A stretch of DNA of 64,000 nt from a virus (taxonomy: Duplodnaviria > Caudoviricetes), in IMG/VR virus record IMGVR_UViG_3300028888_000063, positions 1-64,000 of that record; one strand, given 5' to 3'. Below the pieces are notes generated by a model, which saw only the letters and a program-made list of their open reading frames with translations, did no database searches and was not told where the DNA came from. Below, piece after piece: positions 55,890 through 64,000 of this stretch (position 1 is the stretch's first letter; each line of letters begins with the position of its first letter). Position numbers and translations under genes: made by a program.

Positions 55890-56903
55890 TTGGTGAAAAG
55901 AGTGAGCGACAATAGGGAAATTAGAGATGCAGTATTGCGGACGTTGGTAAGTGAAGGATTAAGCGGAGATCAGCTAAAGAATGTAGATAAAGCGTTGTTA
56001 AAAGCTTTAGCTGGATATCAGATTACACCTGCGGAGACCCATTTAGTGGAGCGGGAGTCATGTGTGCCAGAGATTATGGCGTATTTGGTGCGGAAGAAAG
56101 CTAAGGGGTTAGCTGAAACTACACTGCAGCAGTACAGCTTGACATTGAAGTATTTTGCTATATATGTTCCTAAAAAAATTAGTGATATTACTGAATGGGA
56201 TGTATTATACTTTTTAGACCAATATAAAAAAGATAGGAATATTAGTAAATGCAGACAGGATACTTTAAGGATTATTTTGAATGGATTCTTTAGATATCAA
56301 GCTGACTGCGGAAATATTAAAATTAATCCAATGGCTACAATAGAGCCAATTAAATATAGAAAAAATGAGCGGGAGCCGCTAACAGAGATAGAGCTAGAAA
56401 AATTGCGGTATGCTTGTTCTAAATTAAAAGAGCGGGCGTTACTAGAATTTTTCTTCTCTACCGGCTGCCGCGTATCTGAAGTAGTTAATGTTGATATCGA
56501 TGATATTGACTTTAATAATAAAATTTTAAAAGTGACTGGTAAAGGAGATAAGGATAGGATAGTGTGCTTAAATGCGAGTGCAGTGCTTGCATTGCAGAGA
56601 TATCTAGAATCTCGAGTAGATGATAATCCAGCATTATTTGTATCTGATAATCGCCCACACCAGAGACTTAAAAAAGAAGCCTTAGAAAAAATTATTAGAG
56701 TTCTAGGCGAAAAGGCGGAGATGGGCCGCCGCATATATCCCCATCTAATTCGTCATACTACTGCTACTTATCTTTTGAAACATAAGATGCCTCTTGAAGA
56801 ATTGCAGCAGTATCTTGGCCATGAAAATATAAATACTACTATGATTTATGCAAAAACTGACCGAGAAAGTATGATTAATTCATTTAAAAAATGTATGATT
56901 TAA
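55890..56903 (+). CDS. tyrosine recombinase (probable shufflon invertase)
   Basis: Catalytic R (TGCRVSE), K (GKGDK), HxxR (PHLIRH), H (LGHE), Y (TTMIYA); N-terminal SAM-like domain. Confidence 0.9.
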   Translation: MVKRVSDNREIRDAVLRTLVSEGLSGDQLKNVDKALLKALAGYQITPAETHLVERESCVPEIMAYLVRKKAKGLAETTLQQYSLTLKYFAIYVPKKISDITEWDVLYFLDQYKKDRNISKCRQDTLRIILNGFFRYQADCGNIKINPMATIEPIKYRKNEREPLTEIELEKLRYACSKLKERALLEFFFSTGCRVSEVVNVDIDDIDFNNKILKVTGKGDKDRIVCLNASAVLALQRYLESRVDDNPALFVSDNRPHQRLKKEALEKIIRVLGEKAEMGRRIYPHLIRHTTATYLLKHKMPLEELQQYLGHENINTTMIYAKTDRESMINSFKKCMI

Positions 56904-56916
56904 AAGGAGAAAGTAT

Positions 56917-57351
56917 ATGATTATTCGTTTTGGATCCAATGAATATGATTTAGTACCTGGGTCTGCTGCGCAAACTTATGATGGTAATCTTCATCTTGAT
57001 GTAGTAGCAGACGGTGTTGATTTTGAAGAATTAGAAGAAGTTTTATCTAATAGTGATAACCTTGATCCTATTAAAATTTTAGATAATGATGAAGTAGTTC
57101 AAGTTATTACTGGTTATGGTAAACTTTATGGCATTAGCAAGGAATATAATGTTCTTTATTGGATTGAGAGAATTGAACCAGAACCTGTTGATCCTGAAGA
57201 TCCAGATGCAGAACCTGGTGAACCTCAAGACATTGAACATCGTGTTGATGTATTTAGAGTGGTTCTTCGCAAGCCTGATCTTTCTGATCAAGTTAATTTG
57301 AATACTGCTAATATTGAATTCCTCGCTATTATGAATGATATCGAGTTATAA
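56917..57351 (+). CDS. tail-fibre assembly-associated protein
   Basis: 144 aa, acidic, precedes XkdX-like gene. Confidence 0.55.
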   Translation: MIIRFGSNEYDLVPGSAAQTYDGNLHLDVVADGVDFEELEEVLSNSDNLDPIKILDNDEVVQVITGYGKLYGISKEYNVLYWIERIEPEPVDPEDPDAEPGEPQDIEHRVDVFRVVLRKPDLSDQVNLNTANIEFLAIMNDIEL

Positions 57352-57371
57352 TTACAGGAGGATAGAATATA

Positions 57372-57512
57372 ATGCATAGTAAGAATTATGCTAAGATTAA
57401 AAAGTATTATGATGAAGGACTTTGGTCTATTGCTAAGGTTAGAGCTGTAGTTGGAAAACCTCTTGGAATTACTGCTACAGAATTTTTTGAGATCACTGGT
57501 CAGGAATATTAA
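57372..57512 (+). CDS. XkdX-family small protein (46 aa, not in ORF track)
   Basis: MHSKNYAKIKKYYDEGLWS...ITATEFFEITGQEY; GGAGG RBS. Confidence 0.8.
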   Translation: MHSKNYAKIKKYYDEGLWSIAKVRAVVGKPLGITATEFFEITGQEY

Positions 57513-57595
57513 ATTTCCTTCAGTTAAAAATCTATATTCTATGAGAGAAGAAAAATAGCACTCATAGAATTTAGTTTTTATAATTTTATATAGAT

Positions 57596-57629
57596 TGCCG
57601 CTTCTCTTAATTGAGAAGCGGCTTTTTTG
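57596..57629 (+). terminator. rho-independent terminator
   Basis: GCCGCTTCTC-loop-GAGAAGCGGC plus T-run. Confidence 0.8.
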
Positions 57630-57649
57630 TTTTATAGGAGAAGGATAAT

Positions 57650-58027
57650 ATGTATCAGAATGATTTTTATGCGCGGGCGCAGGTTCCGTCAAACAATATA
57701 ATCTGGGTACAAGGAATTGAAGGAGCTAAGGCCCAACAAATAAAGCCTGGAGTGACTTTATTATTATTAGATAGTGAAAATGATCAATTTTATATAAAGG
57801 CATGTGATCAATATGGCATTTGTTTGCCAATAAAAACTTTTAAATTTGAAGAAGTTGTTGCAGCTCCGGCTGTGGCTCAAGCACCTGCCGCCGCGCAGTA
57901 TGTAACAAGAGAAGAATTAACAGAAATCTTAAAGGAGTTTAAATTACAAAATGAACAGCCTATTCAATCAACTACAACCAAATACACCACCATTAAACAA
58001 CAATCTGGCTCAGATAGTAAAGAGTAG
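57650..58027 (+). CDS. hypothetical protein (cargo cluster gene 1)
   Basis: IIWVQGIEGAKA...LLDSENDQFYIK...YVTREE. Confidence 0.7.
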   Translation: MYQNDFYARAQVPSNNIIWVQGIEGAKAQQIKPGVTLLLLDSENDQFYIKACDQYGICLPIKTFKFEEVVAAPAVAQAPAAAQYVTREELTEILKEFKLQNEQPIQSTTTKYTTIKQQSGSDSKE

Positions 58028-58193
58028 TTCTGACCCAGGAATGTTATTTAAAACAATGGCTCAAAATAGTCCACAGGTTCAATCTATTATGCAGATGATT
58101 CAGGCTGCAAATATGACTCCCAAGGATTATTTTTATAAAACTGCTCAAGAGAGAGGAATAGACCCTAATCAAATATTAGGGATGTTTAGATAA
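57951..58193 (+). CDS. small Gln/Met-rich protein (cargo gene 2)
   Basis: 80 aa, AGGAG RBS, AQERGIDP motif. Confidence 0.65.
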   Translation: MNSLFNQLQPNTPPLNNNLAQIVKSSSDPGMLFKTMAQNSPQVQSIMQMIQAANMTPKDYFYKTAQERGIDPNQILGMFR

Positions 58194-58249
58194 TTTGTTT
58201 AAAACTGCTTTAGCAGTTTAATATATATTAAGGAGAATAATAAAACAAT

Positions 58250-58954
58250 ATGGAAAATAATGGAGCACTTAGTGCAAGTGATGTTGCATTATTAAATCGT
58301 AATAACGGTATGTCTTGGGGCGATTCCTCATTTATGTGGATTTTTGCTCTTTTGATCTTAGCCAACGGAGGTTTTGGTGGCTGGGGTAATAACAATTTTG
58401 CTAATGCTATTGGTTATGAGAATTTAGCTACTTCTAATGAAGTACAACGTGGTTTTGATAATCAAAATGCTATGGCAAATCAGCGTGAAATCCTTGCGGC
58501 AGTTAACTCTGGTACTGCTCAAAGTGTTGCTGCTACTAACCAGACTTTCCATGATACTCTCATGGCTAATCAGAATCTCTATAATGAGACTTCTAGAGAC
58601 CTTGCAGCACTCGCAGTTGGTCAAGCAGATCTTCGTGCGGCTCAGGACGCATGTTGCTGCTCAACTAAGCAATTAATCCTTGAGACTGGCGCCGGTCTGC
58701 AAGCATCTGCCGCACAAAATCGTTATGAAGCAGCTATGAATACTGCGGCAATTAATGCTAATACTACTGCACAAGTTCAAAAAGTTCTTGATGTAATTTC
58801 TAATAATCGCATTGATGAATTACAAAATAAAGTTAACCAATTAGAGTTAATGAATGCTACTGCAAATGTGGTTCGTTATCCTAACGCTTCTACATATTAT
58901 GCTGGGAACAACCCATTTTGCGGTGGTGGATGCGGCTGCGGTATGGTAGCCTAA
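58250..58954 (+). CDS. membrane-anchored coiled-coil protein with CCC and C-terminal CGGGCGC motifs (cargo gene 3)
   Basis: TM segment, GGFGGWG, ACCCST, Cys/Gly tail. Confidence 0.75.
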   Translation: MENNGALSASDVALLNRNNGMSWGDSSFMWIFALLILANGGFGGWGNNNFANAIGYENLATSNEVQRGFDNQNAMANQREILAAVNSGTAQSVAATNQTFHDTLMANQNLYNETSRDLAALAVGQADLRAAQDACCCSTKQLILETGAGLQASAAQNRYEAAMNTAAINANTTAQVQKVLDVISNNRIDELQNKVNQLELMNATANVVRYPNASTYYAGNNPFCGGGCGCGMVA

Positions 58955-58987
58955 ACTGAGCGTATTTAGTACGTCTAACTGAAAGTA

Positions 58988-59025
58988 AGGGTGTGCTTAA
59001 ATGCGGCACACCCTCTTTATTTTTT
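58988..59025 (+). terminator. rho-independent terminator
   Basis: AGGGTGTGC-loop-GCACACCCT plus T-rich tail. Confidence 0.65.
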
Positions 59026-59048
59026 GAGAACAAAAAGAGGAGAAGAAT

Positions 59049-59456
59049 ATGTTACAAGTCTATACATTAGCACAAACACTCGTAGATCAACAGCCAGTGT
59101 CTTTTACTAATAGAGTTTTAATAAAAGGATGTACTGCTTCTTTAGGTGCGCCCGCCACTATAGATCTCAATAAAGCCGGAGTTTATGTTGTCTCTTGTAA
59201 TGCAACTATAACAGGCGGTGCGGCCGCAGGAGATGGCTCTTTACAACTCTATAAAAACGGTGTTGCTCAACCTTTTGCAAAAGCAGAGGCAACATTAGCT
59301 ACAGATGATTTAGTTTCTATTGGATTTGAGACTTTAATCCAAGTTCAAGAAAATAATACTCGGTGTTACATCACAAGTCCTACTAGCTTACAAGTAATTT
59401 ATGAAGGCGTGGATGCAACAGGAGATGTTAATTTGGTTGTGACAAAACTCATATGA
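59049..59456 (+). CDS. BclA C-terminal/C1q-like beta-sandwich protein (cargo gene 4)
   Basis: VSF...IDLNKAGVYVVSCNATI...LQLYKNG pattern. Confidence 0.55.
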   Translation: MLQVYTLAQTLVDQQPVSFTNRVLIKGCTASLGAPATIDLNKAGVYVVSCNATITGGAAAGDGSLQLYKNGVAQPFAKAEATLATDDLVSIGFETLIQVQENNTRCYITSPTSLQVIYEGVDATGDVNLVVTKLI

Positions 59457-60019
59457 CGATAGAAGAAGTATTTAAACAGATAGGTACTCATATGATTGAA
59501 GGGTTAATGATGCACTCTCAAATGTCTGAGTATTATTTGTTTTTGGGATTAGAAGGATACGCTGAATGCCATCAATATCATTATTTTGAAGAAAGTTGGA
59601 GTTTTCAAGATTTAATTTTATATTATATTAAAGAATTTAATAAGTTACTTCCAATAAGTCAAGCCAAAGATCCAGGTGTGATTTCGCAAAACTGGTATAA
59701 ATATGCAAGAAATGATGTAGATGCGGGGACCAGAAAAACTGCTATCAAAACTGGAATGGAAAAATGGATTGATTGGGAAAAAGAAACTAAAATGCTATAT
59801 GAAAATATGTATAAAGAATTACTTAATGCTGGGGAAGTGGCGGCAGCTCATAAAGTAAAAGAATTAGTATTAGATGTAGATGAGGAGCTAAGACAAGCTG
59901 AACAGTATTATTTAGATAAAAAAATTACAGATTATGATATGGCAGTAATTCTTGAAGAACAAAAACCTAAAAAAGATAAATATGAAATAGATAAACGCAG
60001 TTTATTCTTTCATAAATAA
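59453..60019 (+). CDS. ferritin-like four-helix protein (cargo gene 5)
   Basis: E..H, HxxHYxEE, WE, DVDEEL ligand pattern. Confidence 0.6.
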   Translation: MTIEEVFKQIGTHMIEGLMMHSQMSEYYLFLGLEGYAECHQYHYFEESWSFQDLILYYIKEFNKLLPISQAKDPGVISQNWYKYARNDVDAGTRKTAIKTGMEKWIDWEKETKMLYENMYKELLNAGEVAAAHKVKELVLDVDEELRQAEQYYLDKKITDYDMAVILEEQKPKKDKYEIDKRSLFFHK

Positions 60020-60023
60020 AAAT

Positions 60024-60058
60024 AAGCCTCTGGGCCAATTCCCAGAGGCTTTTTCTTT
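60024..60058. terminator. bidirectional terminator
   Basis: AAGCCTCTGGG-loop-CCCAGAGGCTT between convergent genes. Confidence 0.8.
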
Positions 60059-60559
60059 TTACCAATCAAATTCTGCGGCGGCTGTGCCATGTTCAACTAT
60101 ATATGACCAGCCTATTAACACTGCATCAGCTAGATCATCATTTTTTGTATTTAGATTAAATAATTCATTAGCTTTAGCTACATCGAGCGGTTTTAGCTGC
60201 GCCCGCTTAATTCCTGGTCCTGTTTTAATTCCAACTTGCTTACGCCAATGATTAGCGCTACATAGCTGCATCTCTTTTGAGTAATGATTTAGAACTATTG
60301 CTATTGCTCCATGTGCAAAAGTTAATTTTCTATATACATCTATATTATTTTTTACGAATGCAGGTTCTGGTTCTTCTGCATATATAATATCTGGATTATA
60401 TTCTAACATTAATTCATTTACTTTTTCTGCAATTTTTTCTATGCGAGTAATTGCGTTCCCTGTTGGAGCTATAATTCCAGATGATATTAATTCTTTTTCT
60501 TTAAATATTGCATATCCTGTTGAAGTCGTAGATATGTCTAATGCTAATAAAGTTGACAT
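60059..60559 (-). CDS. ruvC: RuvC-like Holliday junction resolvase
   Basis: LALDISTTSTGYA, IYAEEP, NDDLADA catalytic motifs. Confidence 0.85.
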   Translation of the reverse strand: MSTLLALDISTTSTGYAIFKEKELISSGIIAPTGNAITRIEKIAEKVNELMLEYNPDIIYAEEPEPAFVKNNIDVYRKLTFAHGAIAIVLNHYSKEMQLCSANHWRKQVGIKTGPGIKRAQLKPLDVAKANELFNLNTKNDDLADAVLIGWSYIVEHGTAAAEFDW

Positions 60560-60656
60560 GATATTCCTTCTTTATAATTTTATTTAATGAACTTTATTAG
60601 TAAATAAATTTTTTACTAAATAGTAATTTAATTAAACATTTTTCAATTATATTTAT

Positions 60657-60884
60657 TTAATTTTTAGAATCGTCTGCTGCTTTTTGACCATCAAGAGGGC
60701 CGCCATAATAAAACCCAAATAATAATTGTCTTAAACAATCTGGGCAATATCCTGAGTCATGCTTCCCAGATGATGTATAGGTGCAGCCGCAGAGTTGACA
60801 AATAAGTGTGGGTGCAGGTCCTTCCAATCGGATATCACTAGAATTTTGATTGGTGTTTGCGTCTGCCGCATTAGAAAGTACCAT
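60657..60884 (-). CDS. small zinc-ribbon protein
   Basis: CQLCG...CPDC; AAAGGA RBS; promoter TTGACA(60937-42)-17-TATCCT. Confidence 0.65.
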   Translation of the reverse strand: MVLSNAADANTNQNSSDIRLEGPAPTLICQLCGCTYTSSGKHDSGYCPDCLRQLLFGFYYGGPLDGQKAADDSKN

Positions 60885-60976
60885 AATTATTTCCTTTCTC
60901 TTGAACTAAGTCAAGGATAACATAAAATTTTTATTTTGTCAAATATTTATTCATAACAGATATTGCGCGGGCGTTT

Positions 60977-60988
60977 ATTAAATAGTAA
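60977..60988 (+). repeat. shufflon crossover site 3 ATTAAATAGTAA
   Basis: In frame at the beginning of the SGNH ORF. Confidence 0.85.
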
Positions 60989-61967
60989 TTTAACATATCA
61001 TTATAGGAATGTTTTAAAAGGGAAAAAATTGCTTGTTATTGGGGATAGTTGGTGTGGTTCTTGGAACGGCACGGAAAACCTTACTCCGTGGGCAACTAGA
61101 CTTGCGACTATGACAGGTGCAATATGTGAAAATCACGCTTTCCCAGGTAGTGGTTTTGTCGCTACAGGTAATTTAAACAAAAATTATGCTACTGCAATTT
61201 CTGAGCTTGACGGAGATTTTGATGCAATAATTGTTCAAGGCGGCATAAATGATATTGTAGCTAATCCGACCGCTGAAACTATTAAAACAGCAGTTGCAAA
61301 TTTTGCAACGAATTGTAGAACAAAATTTCCTAATAGAGATATTTATTTTATACCAACTACACAATGTGTACCGTTAAACATAACACAGATTCAAGTAATA
61401 TTTAATATAATGCTTGAAGCACGAAAACACTATTTAATAACATGCAAGGAGACTGCATCAATTTCTATTAGCTCACCAAATTATGCAGGAGATTTAACCC
61501 ACTTAAGTGATGCCGGCTACGATGAACTTGCAAGATGCGTTGCACAATTTTTAAGCGAAGGTACATCAAAAGTTACAAAAGAAACTATTCATTACCCCAA
61601 TAGCCCTGCTTATATGTTTTATAATATGACTCCGCCAGCAGGTATTACATGGACTGGCATGTATATTCGAGTGGAAGGCGACATTGTTAATTTCTATGGT
61701 ACAGCAAACTTTGCGAATGATACAACTGGAGATTTTGTTAAAATAATGGACGGGTTACCGCCTGCTATCGCGCCATATACAGCATCAAATTACGCTTTTG
61801 ATACATTCCCCGCAGGTTCAGATCCTGCTTTCGCTTATAGAGTTGCATTTATGGTAGGCCAAGAAATGTTTGTACAAACAATGTGGACAAACATGAAAAA
61901 TCATACTTTGTTTGTAATAGCATCATATACTACAAACGAAAATACTGAATTGTTTACAACTACATAA
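60978..61967 (+). CDS. silent fibre cassette C: SGNH/GDSL hydrolase plus beta-sandwich tip (329 aa)
   Basis: GDSW (block I), G (block II), GGIND (block III), DLTH (block V); no RBS before TTG 60963; begins LNSNL. Confidence 0.8.
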   Translation, partial: LNSNLTYHYRNVLKGKKLLVIGDSWCGSWNGTENLTPWATRLATMTGAICENHAFPGSGFVATGNLNKNYATAISELDGDFDAIIVQGGINDIVANPTAETIKTAVANFATNCRTKFPNRDIYFIPTTQCVPLNITQIQVIFNIMLEARKHYLITCKETASISISSPNYAGDLTHLSDAGYDELARCVAQFLSEGTSKVTKETIHYPNSPAYMFYNMTPPAGITWTGMYIRVEGDIVNFYGTANFANDTTGDFVKIMDGLPPAIAPYTASNYAFDTFPAGSDPAFAYRVAFMVGQEMFVQTMWTNMKNHTLFVIASYTTNENTELFTTT

Positions 61968-62067
61968 AGCTTAAAATCATAGTATGAATATTATGTTATT
62001 ATTAAATATAGATAAGACAGATATTTTTGCTATTATATAGCTATAACTAATTCAATTCGTTAATATT

Positions 62068-62802
62068 TTATACCGATGCTAAATATACACATGATCCATA
62101 CCAATGGCCAGCAACTTGACCACAATACCATGGCTGTAAAGTACCTCCGTCTAAATTAACACGAGGTTGTAAACTTGTATCTGTTCGGCCACCGGCAGCA
62201 GATACAAATATAGTGCCCCCAGTGACTGGCGAAGGACAAGCGTTGTTTGCAGAAAGCTTAGCTACACCATCGCTAGAATAAGTTGAGTTTAAAGTAACGT
62301 CATAAGTTAAATGCACTATTCTCACTCCACTAGCACCAACGCTAATACTACGATAAGATATTCCACCGCTACAATATGTAGAATTAACTGCAACACCAGT
62401 TGAAGCAGTCAATCCATTTTGTATCCAGAGTTGGGCTTTTTCTGGCACTGAGTCCCAAACTCTTAAACACCAATATGCTCGTTCAAATCGAGGAGAATAA
62501 ATATTTAACCACCCATACGTAGCAGAACCCATATATGTGCAATAAAAATCTCCCACAGCTCTACCAGTGAAACTACCATCTGAACAAAAATTTTCAGTAA
62601 ATCCATCCCATATATGAAAATTTATAACACAATTACTGCCATTCCAACCAGCATTTATAGCTGCATCTCTCATTTGCGCCCAAGAATCTACCCATGAACT
62701 TAACTCAATATATGTACTTGCCCATTTACTATTTTGTAAAAATGAAACATCTGTCTGTAAAGTTGCAATATTAGAATTTTGAGTTGCATCATTACTATTT
62801 AA
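62068..62802 (-). CDS. silent fibre cassette D (244 aa, no own start)
   Basis: Frame extends 43 codons upstream of track ATG 62673 to site 4: LNSNDATQNSNIATLQTD..., similar to LNSKDASHDTSISNLQTG of cassette A; in-frame TAA just before. Confidence 0.85.
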   Translation of the reverse strand, partial: LNSNDATQNSNIATLQTDVSFLQNSKWASTYIELSSWVDSWAQMRDAAINAGWNGSNCVINFHIWDGFTENFCSDGSFTGRAVGDFYCTYMGSATYGWLNIYSPRFERAYWCLRVWDSVPEKAQLWIQNGLTASTGVAVNSTYCSGGISYRSISVGASGVRIVHLTYDVTLNSTYSSDGVAKLSANNACPSPVTGGTIFVSAAGGRTDTSLQPRVNLDGGTLQPWYCGQVAGHWYGSCVYLASV

Positions 62803-62803
62803 T
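62792..62803 (-). repeat. shufflon crossover site 4
   Basis: TTACTATTTAAT on + strand. Confidence 0.85.
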
Positions 62804-62871
62804 TAATTAATTGAAATTGACAAGAATGAAAAATTATGTTATAATTTATTTAAATAATGGAGGGATTTTAA

Positions 62872-63105
62872 ATGGATTATTCAACAACAAATACTAATAA
62901 AATGACAATAGATACAAATACAGCGTTAGGAACTAGCTGTAGCTATTTAACAGGCTGCCCACATAGATTACCTTGTGGATATTGTATGATTATGAAAACG
63001 CCATGCATATCATCAACTTCTATTACATGGACTAATAATCCTACTACAATAACAACAGAAGTTAAACCTCTTTCTTCAAATTCTGCAATAGAAGTTAAAG
63101 CATAA
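62872..63105 (+). CDS. small Cys-rich hypothetical protein
   Basis: CPHRLPCGYC motif; promoter TTGACA(62817)-17-TATAAT(62840); GGAGG RBS. Confidence 0.65.
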   Translation: MDYSTTNTNKMTIDTNTALGTSCSYLTGCPHRLPCGYCMIMKTPCISSTSITWTNNPTTITTEVKPLSSNSAIEVKA

Positions 63106-63108
63106 ATA

Positions 63109-63140
63109 AAAATGCGGTGTAATTAACACCGCATTTATTT
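63109..63140. terminator. bidirectional terminator
   Basis: AAATGCGGTGT-loop-ACACCGCATTT. Confidence 0.75.
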
Positions 63141-63590
63141 TATTCCGGTAGAACCAAATCCACCAGAGCCTCTATTTGTTTCATCTAAATCATCAACTTC
63201 TACAAGATTCATAGTAGGGACTTTTCTAAAACAGATTTGAGCAATTCTTTCACCATGCTCAATAGTCTGAGCTTCATTTGTATCATTATGAAGTGCTACA
63301 ATAACAGGCCCTCTATAATCTGAATCAATAGTGCCAGGAGTATTTGCGGGACGCAAACCTTGTTTGGTGGCCAATCCAGACCTTGGACGAATTTGTCCTT
63401 CATAGCCCTCTGGAATTGCCATCGCTAAACCTGTAGACACTTTCATAGTTTGATGTGGCGGAATCACTAAGCTAGAGTTAGGAGAATCCATAAGATAGGC
63501 ATAAAGATCGTATCCAGCTGCGCCCGCAGATCCCAAATAAGGGAGTTGAGCATCTTCGTAAAGTTTCTTAATTTGGACTTCATTAACCAT
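63135..63590 (-). CDS. dut: dUTPase (trimeric)
   Basis: AGYDL, RPRSGLA, GTIDSDYRG, RIAQ and RGSGGFGSTG motifs I-V. Confidence 0.95.
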   Translation of the reverse strand: MVNEVQIKKLYEDAQLPYLGSAGAAGYDLYAYLMDSPNSSLVIPPHQTMKVSTGLAMAIPEGYEGQIRPRSGLATKQGLRPANTPGTIDSDYRGPVIVALHNDTNEAQTIEHGERIAQICFRKVPTMNLVEVDDLDETNRGSGGFGSTGIK

Positions 63591-63819
63591 ATGTGACTTC
63601 TACCTCTTCAACTGGCTCTTTTGGATCATTAAAAGTTTTCACCAAAGTAACCTGATACCAACTGTCAATAACTTCGCCCTTTTGTTTTCTTTCTTTTAAT
63701 TCCGATGCATACTTTTTCATGGAATAAGCATTATTCTTTTTTTGCTCTTCAATAAAAGCTTTAGCTTCAGATTCAGTATCTACTCTATATTTTTCGGTAA
63801 CTTCACAAAGATATTTCAT
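63583..63819 (-). CDS. hypothetical protein
   Basis: 78 aa, AGGAG RBS, overlaps dut start. Confidence 0.7.
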   Translation of the reverse strand: MKYLCEVTEKYRVDTESEAKAFIEEQKKNNAYSMKKYASELKERKQKGEVIDSWYQVTLVKTFNDPKEPVEEVEVTYG

Positions 63820-64000
63820 TTATTTCTCCTGTAAAATAACATTAAATTTTGTTTTTTCAAATTTAGTATTCTGATAAGTAATTATATCATCTTTTATTTT
63901 TTGCGTATAATTATTGTTACCAATGATAATAAGTTCATCAACATTTTTTTCTATGCAAAAATTAGTAATGGTGCTGCAAAAAAGAATGTTGTAATTACCT
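63820..64000 (-). CDS. hypothetical protein (5'-truncated by window edge)
   Basis: Open frame ...FCIEKNVDELIIIGNNNY...VILQEK* ending at 63820. Confidence 0.5.
   Translation of the reverse strand, partial: GNYNILFCSTITNFCIEKNVDELIIIGNNNYTQKIKDDIITYQNTKFEKTKFNVILQEK

Larger units (their letters stand above)
1..64000. mobile_element. Large tailed bacteriophage genome segment (siphovirus-like, probable Firmicutes/Clostridia host)
   Basis: Terminase-portal-protease-capsid-tail-tape measure-baseplate module, dUTPase, RuvC and many small early ORFs; no host housekeeping genes. Confidence 0.95.

Noticed and set aside
55890-56903. Prophage integrase marking an att boundary
   Set aside because: Phage genes continue on both sides, with no repressor, excisionase or host DNA; position among in-frame inverted sites fits an invertase better
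61968-62067. Remnant cassette ends between C and D (e.g. YEYYVIIKYR*)
   Set aside because: Too short and AT-rich to distinguish from chance; no crossover site
54298-62803. Diversity-generating retroelement acting on the fibre
   Set aside because: No reverse transcriptase and no TR/VR pair with adenine-specific mismatches seen
1-64000. Alternative genetic code (stop-codon reassignment)
   Set aside because: Long genes are intact and densely packed under the standard code

Overview
The window is a 64-kb piece of a large, AT-rich tailed phage genome. It is probably a long-tailed siphovirus of a Firmicutes/Clostridia host: sigma-A-type promoters, strong AGGAG RBSs, SPbeta-like head/tail gene order and no sheath gene seen. 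Bases 1-10.2 kb are a leftward early region of small ORFs, nearly each with its own consensus promoter, mixed with repeated palindromes, GC hairpins and a candidate structured RNA. Bases 10.2-54 kb are the rightward morphogenesis module: terminase, portal, protease/scaffold, capsid, neck, major tail protein, a 3867-aa tape measure and baseplate/fibre genes. The main finding is a split four-cassette receptor-binding-protein shufflon at 54.3-62.8 kb. One fixed fibre N-terminus and four alternative C-termini each begin in frame at the same 12-bp site, ATTAAATAGTAA (two sites per strand). They form two head-to-head pairs around a 5.2-kb core carrying a tyrosine recombinase, fibre-assembly genes, a spore-surface-like cargo cluster and RuvC. 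One silent cassette is an SGNH esterase. Also notable are a probably non-splicing (HN|A) Hint domain inside the tape measure C-terminus and a predicted -1 frameshift (GGGGGAA) adding an Ig-like domain to the major tail protein. Functional calls come from motif recognition and synteny only; no searches were run.
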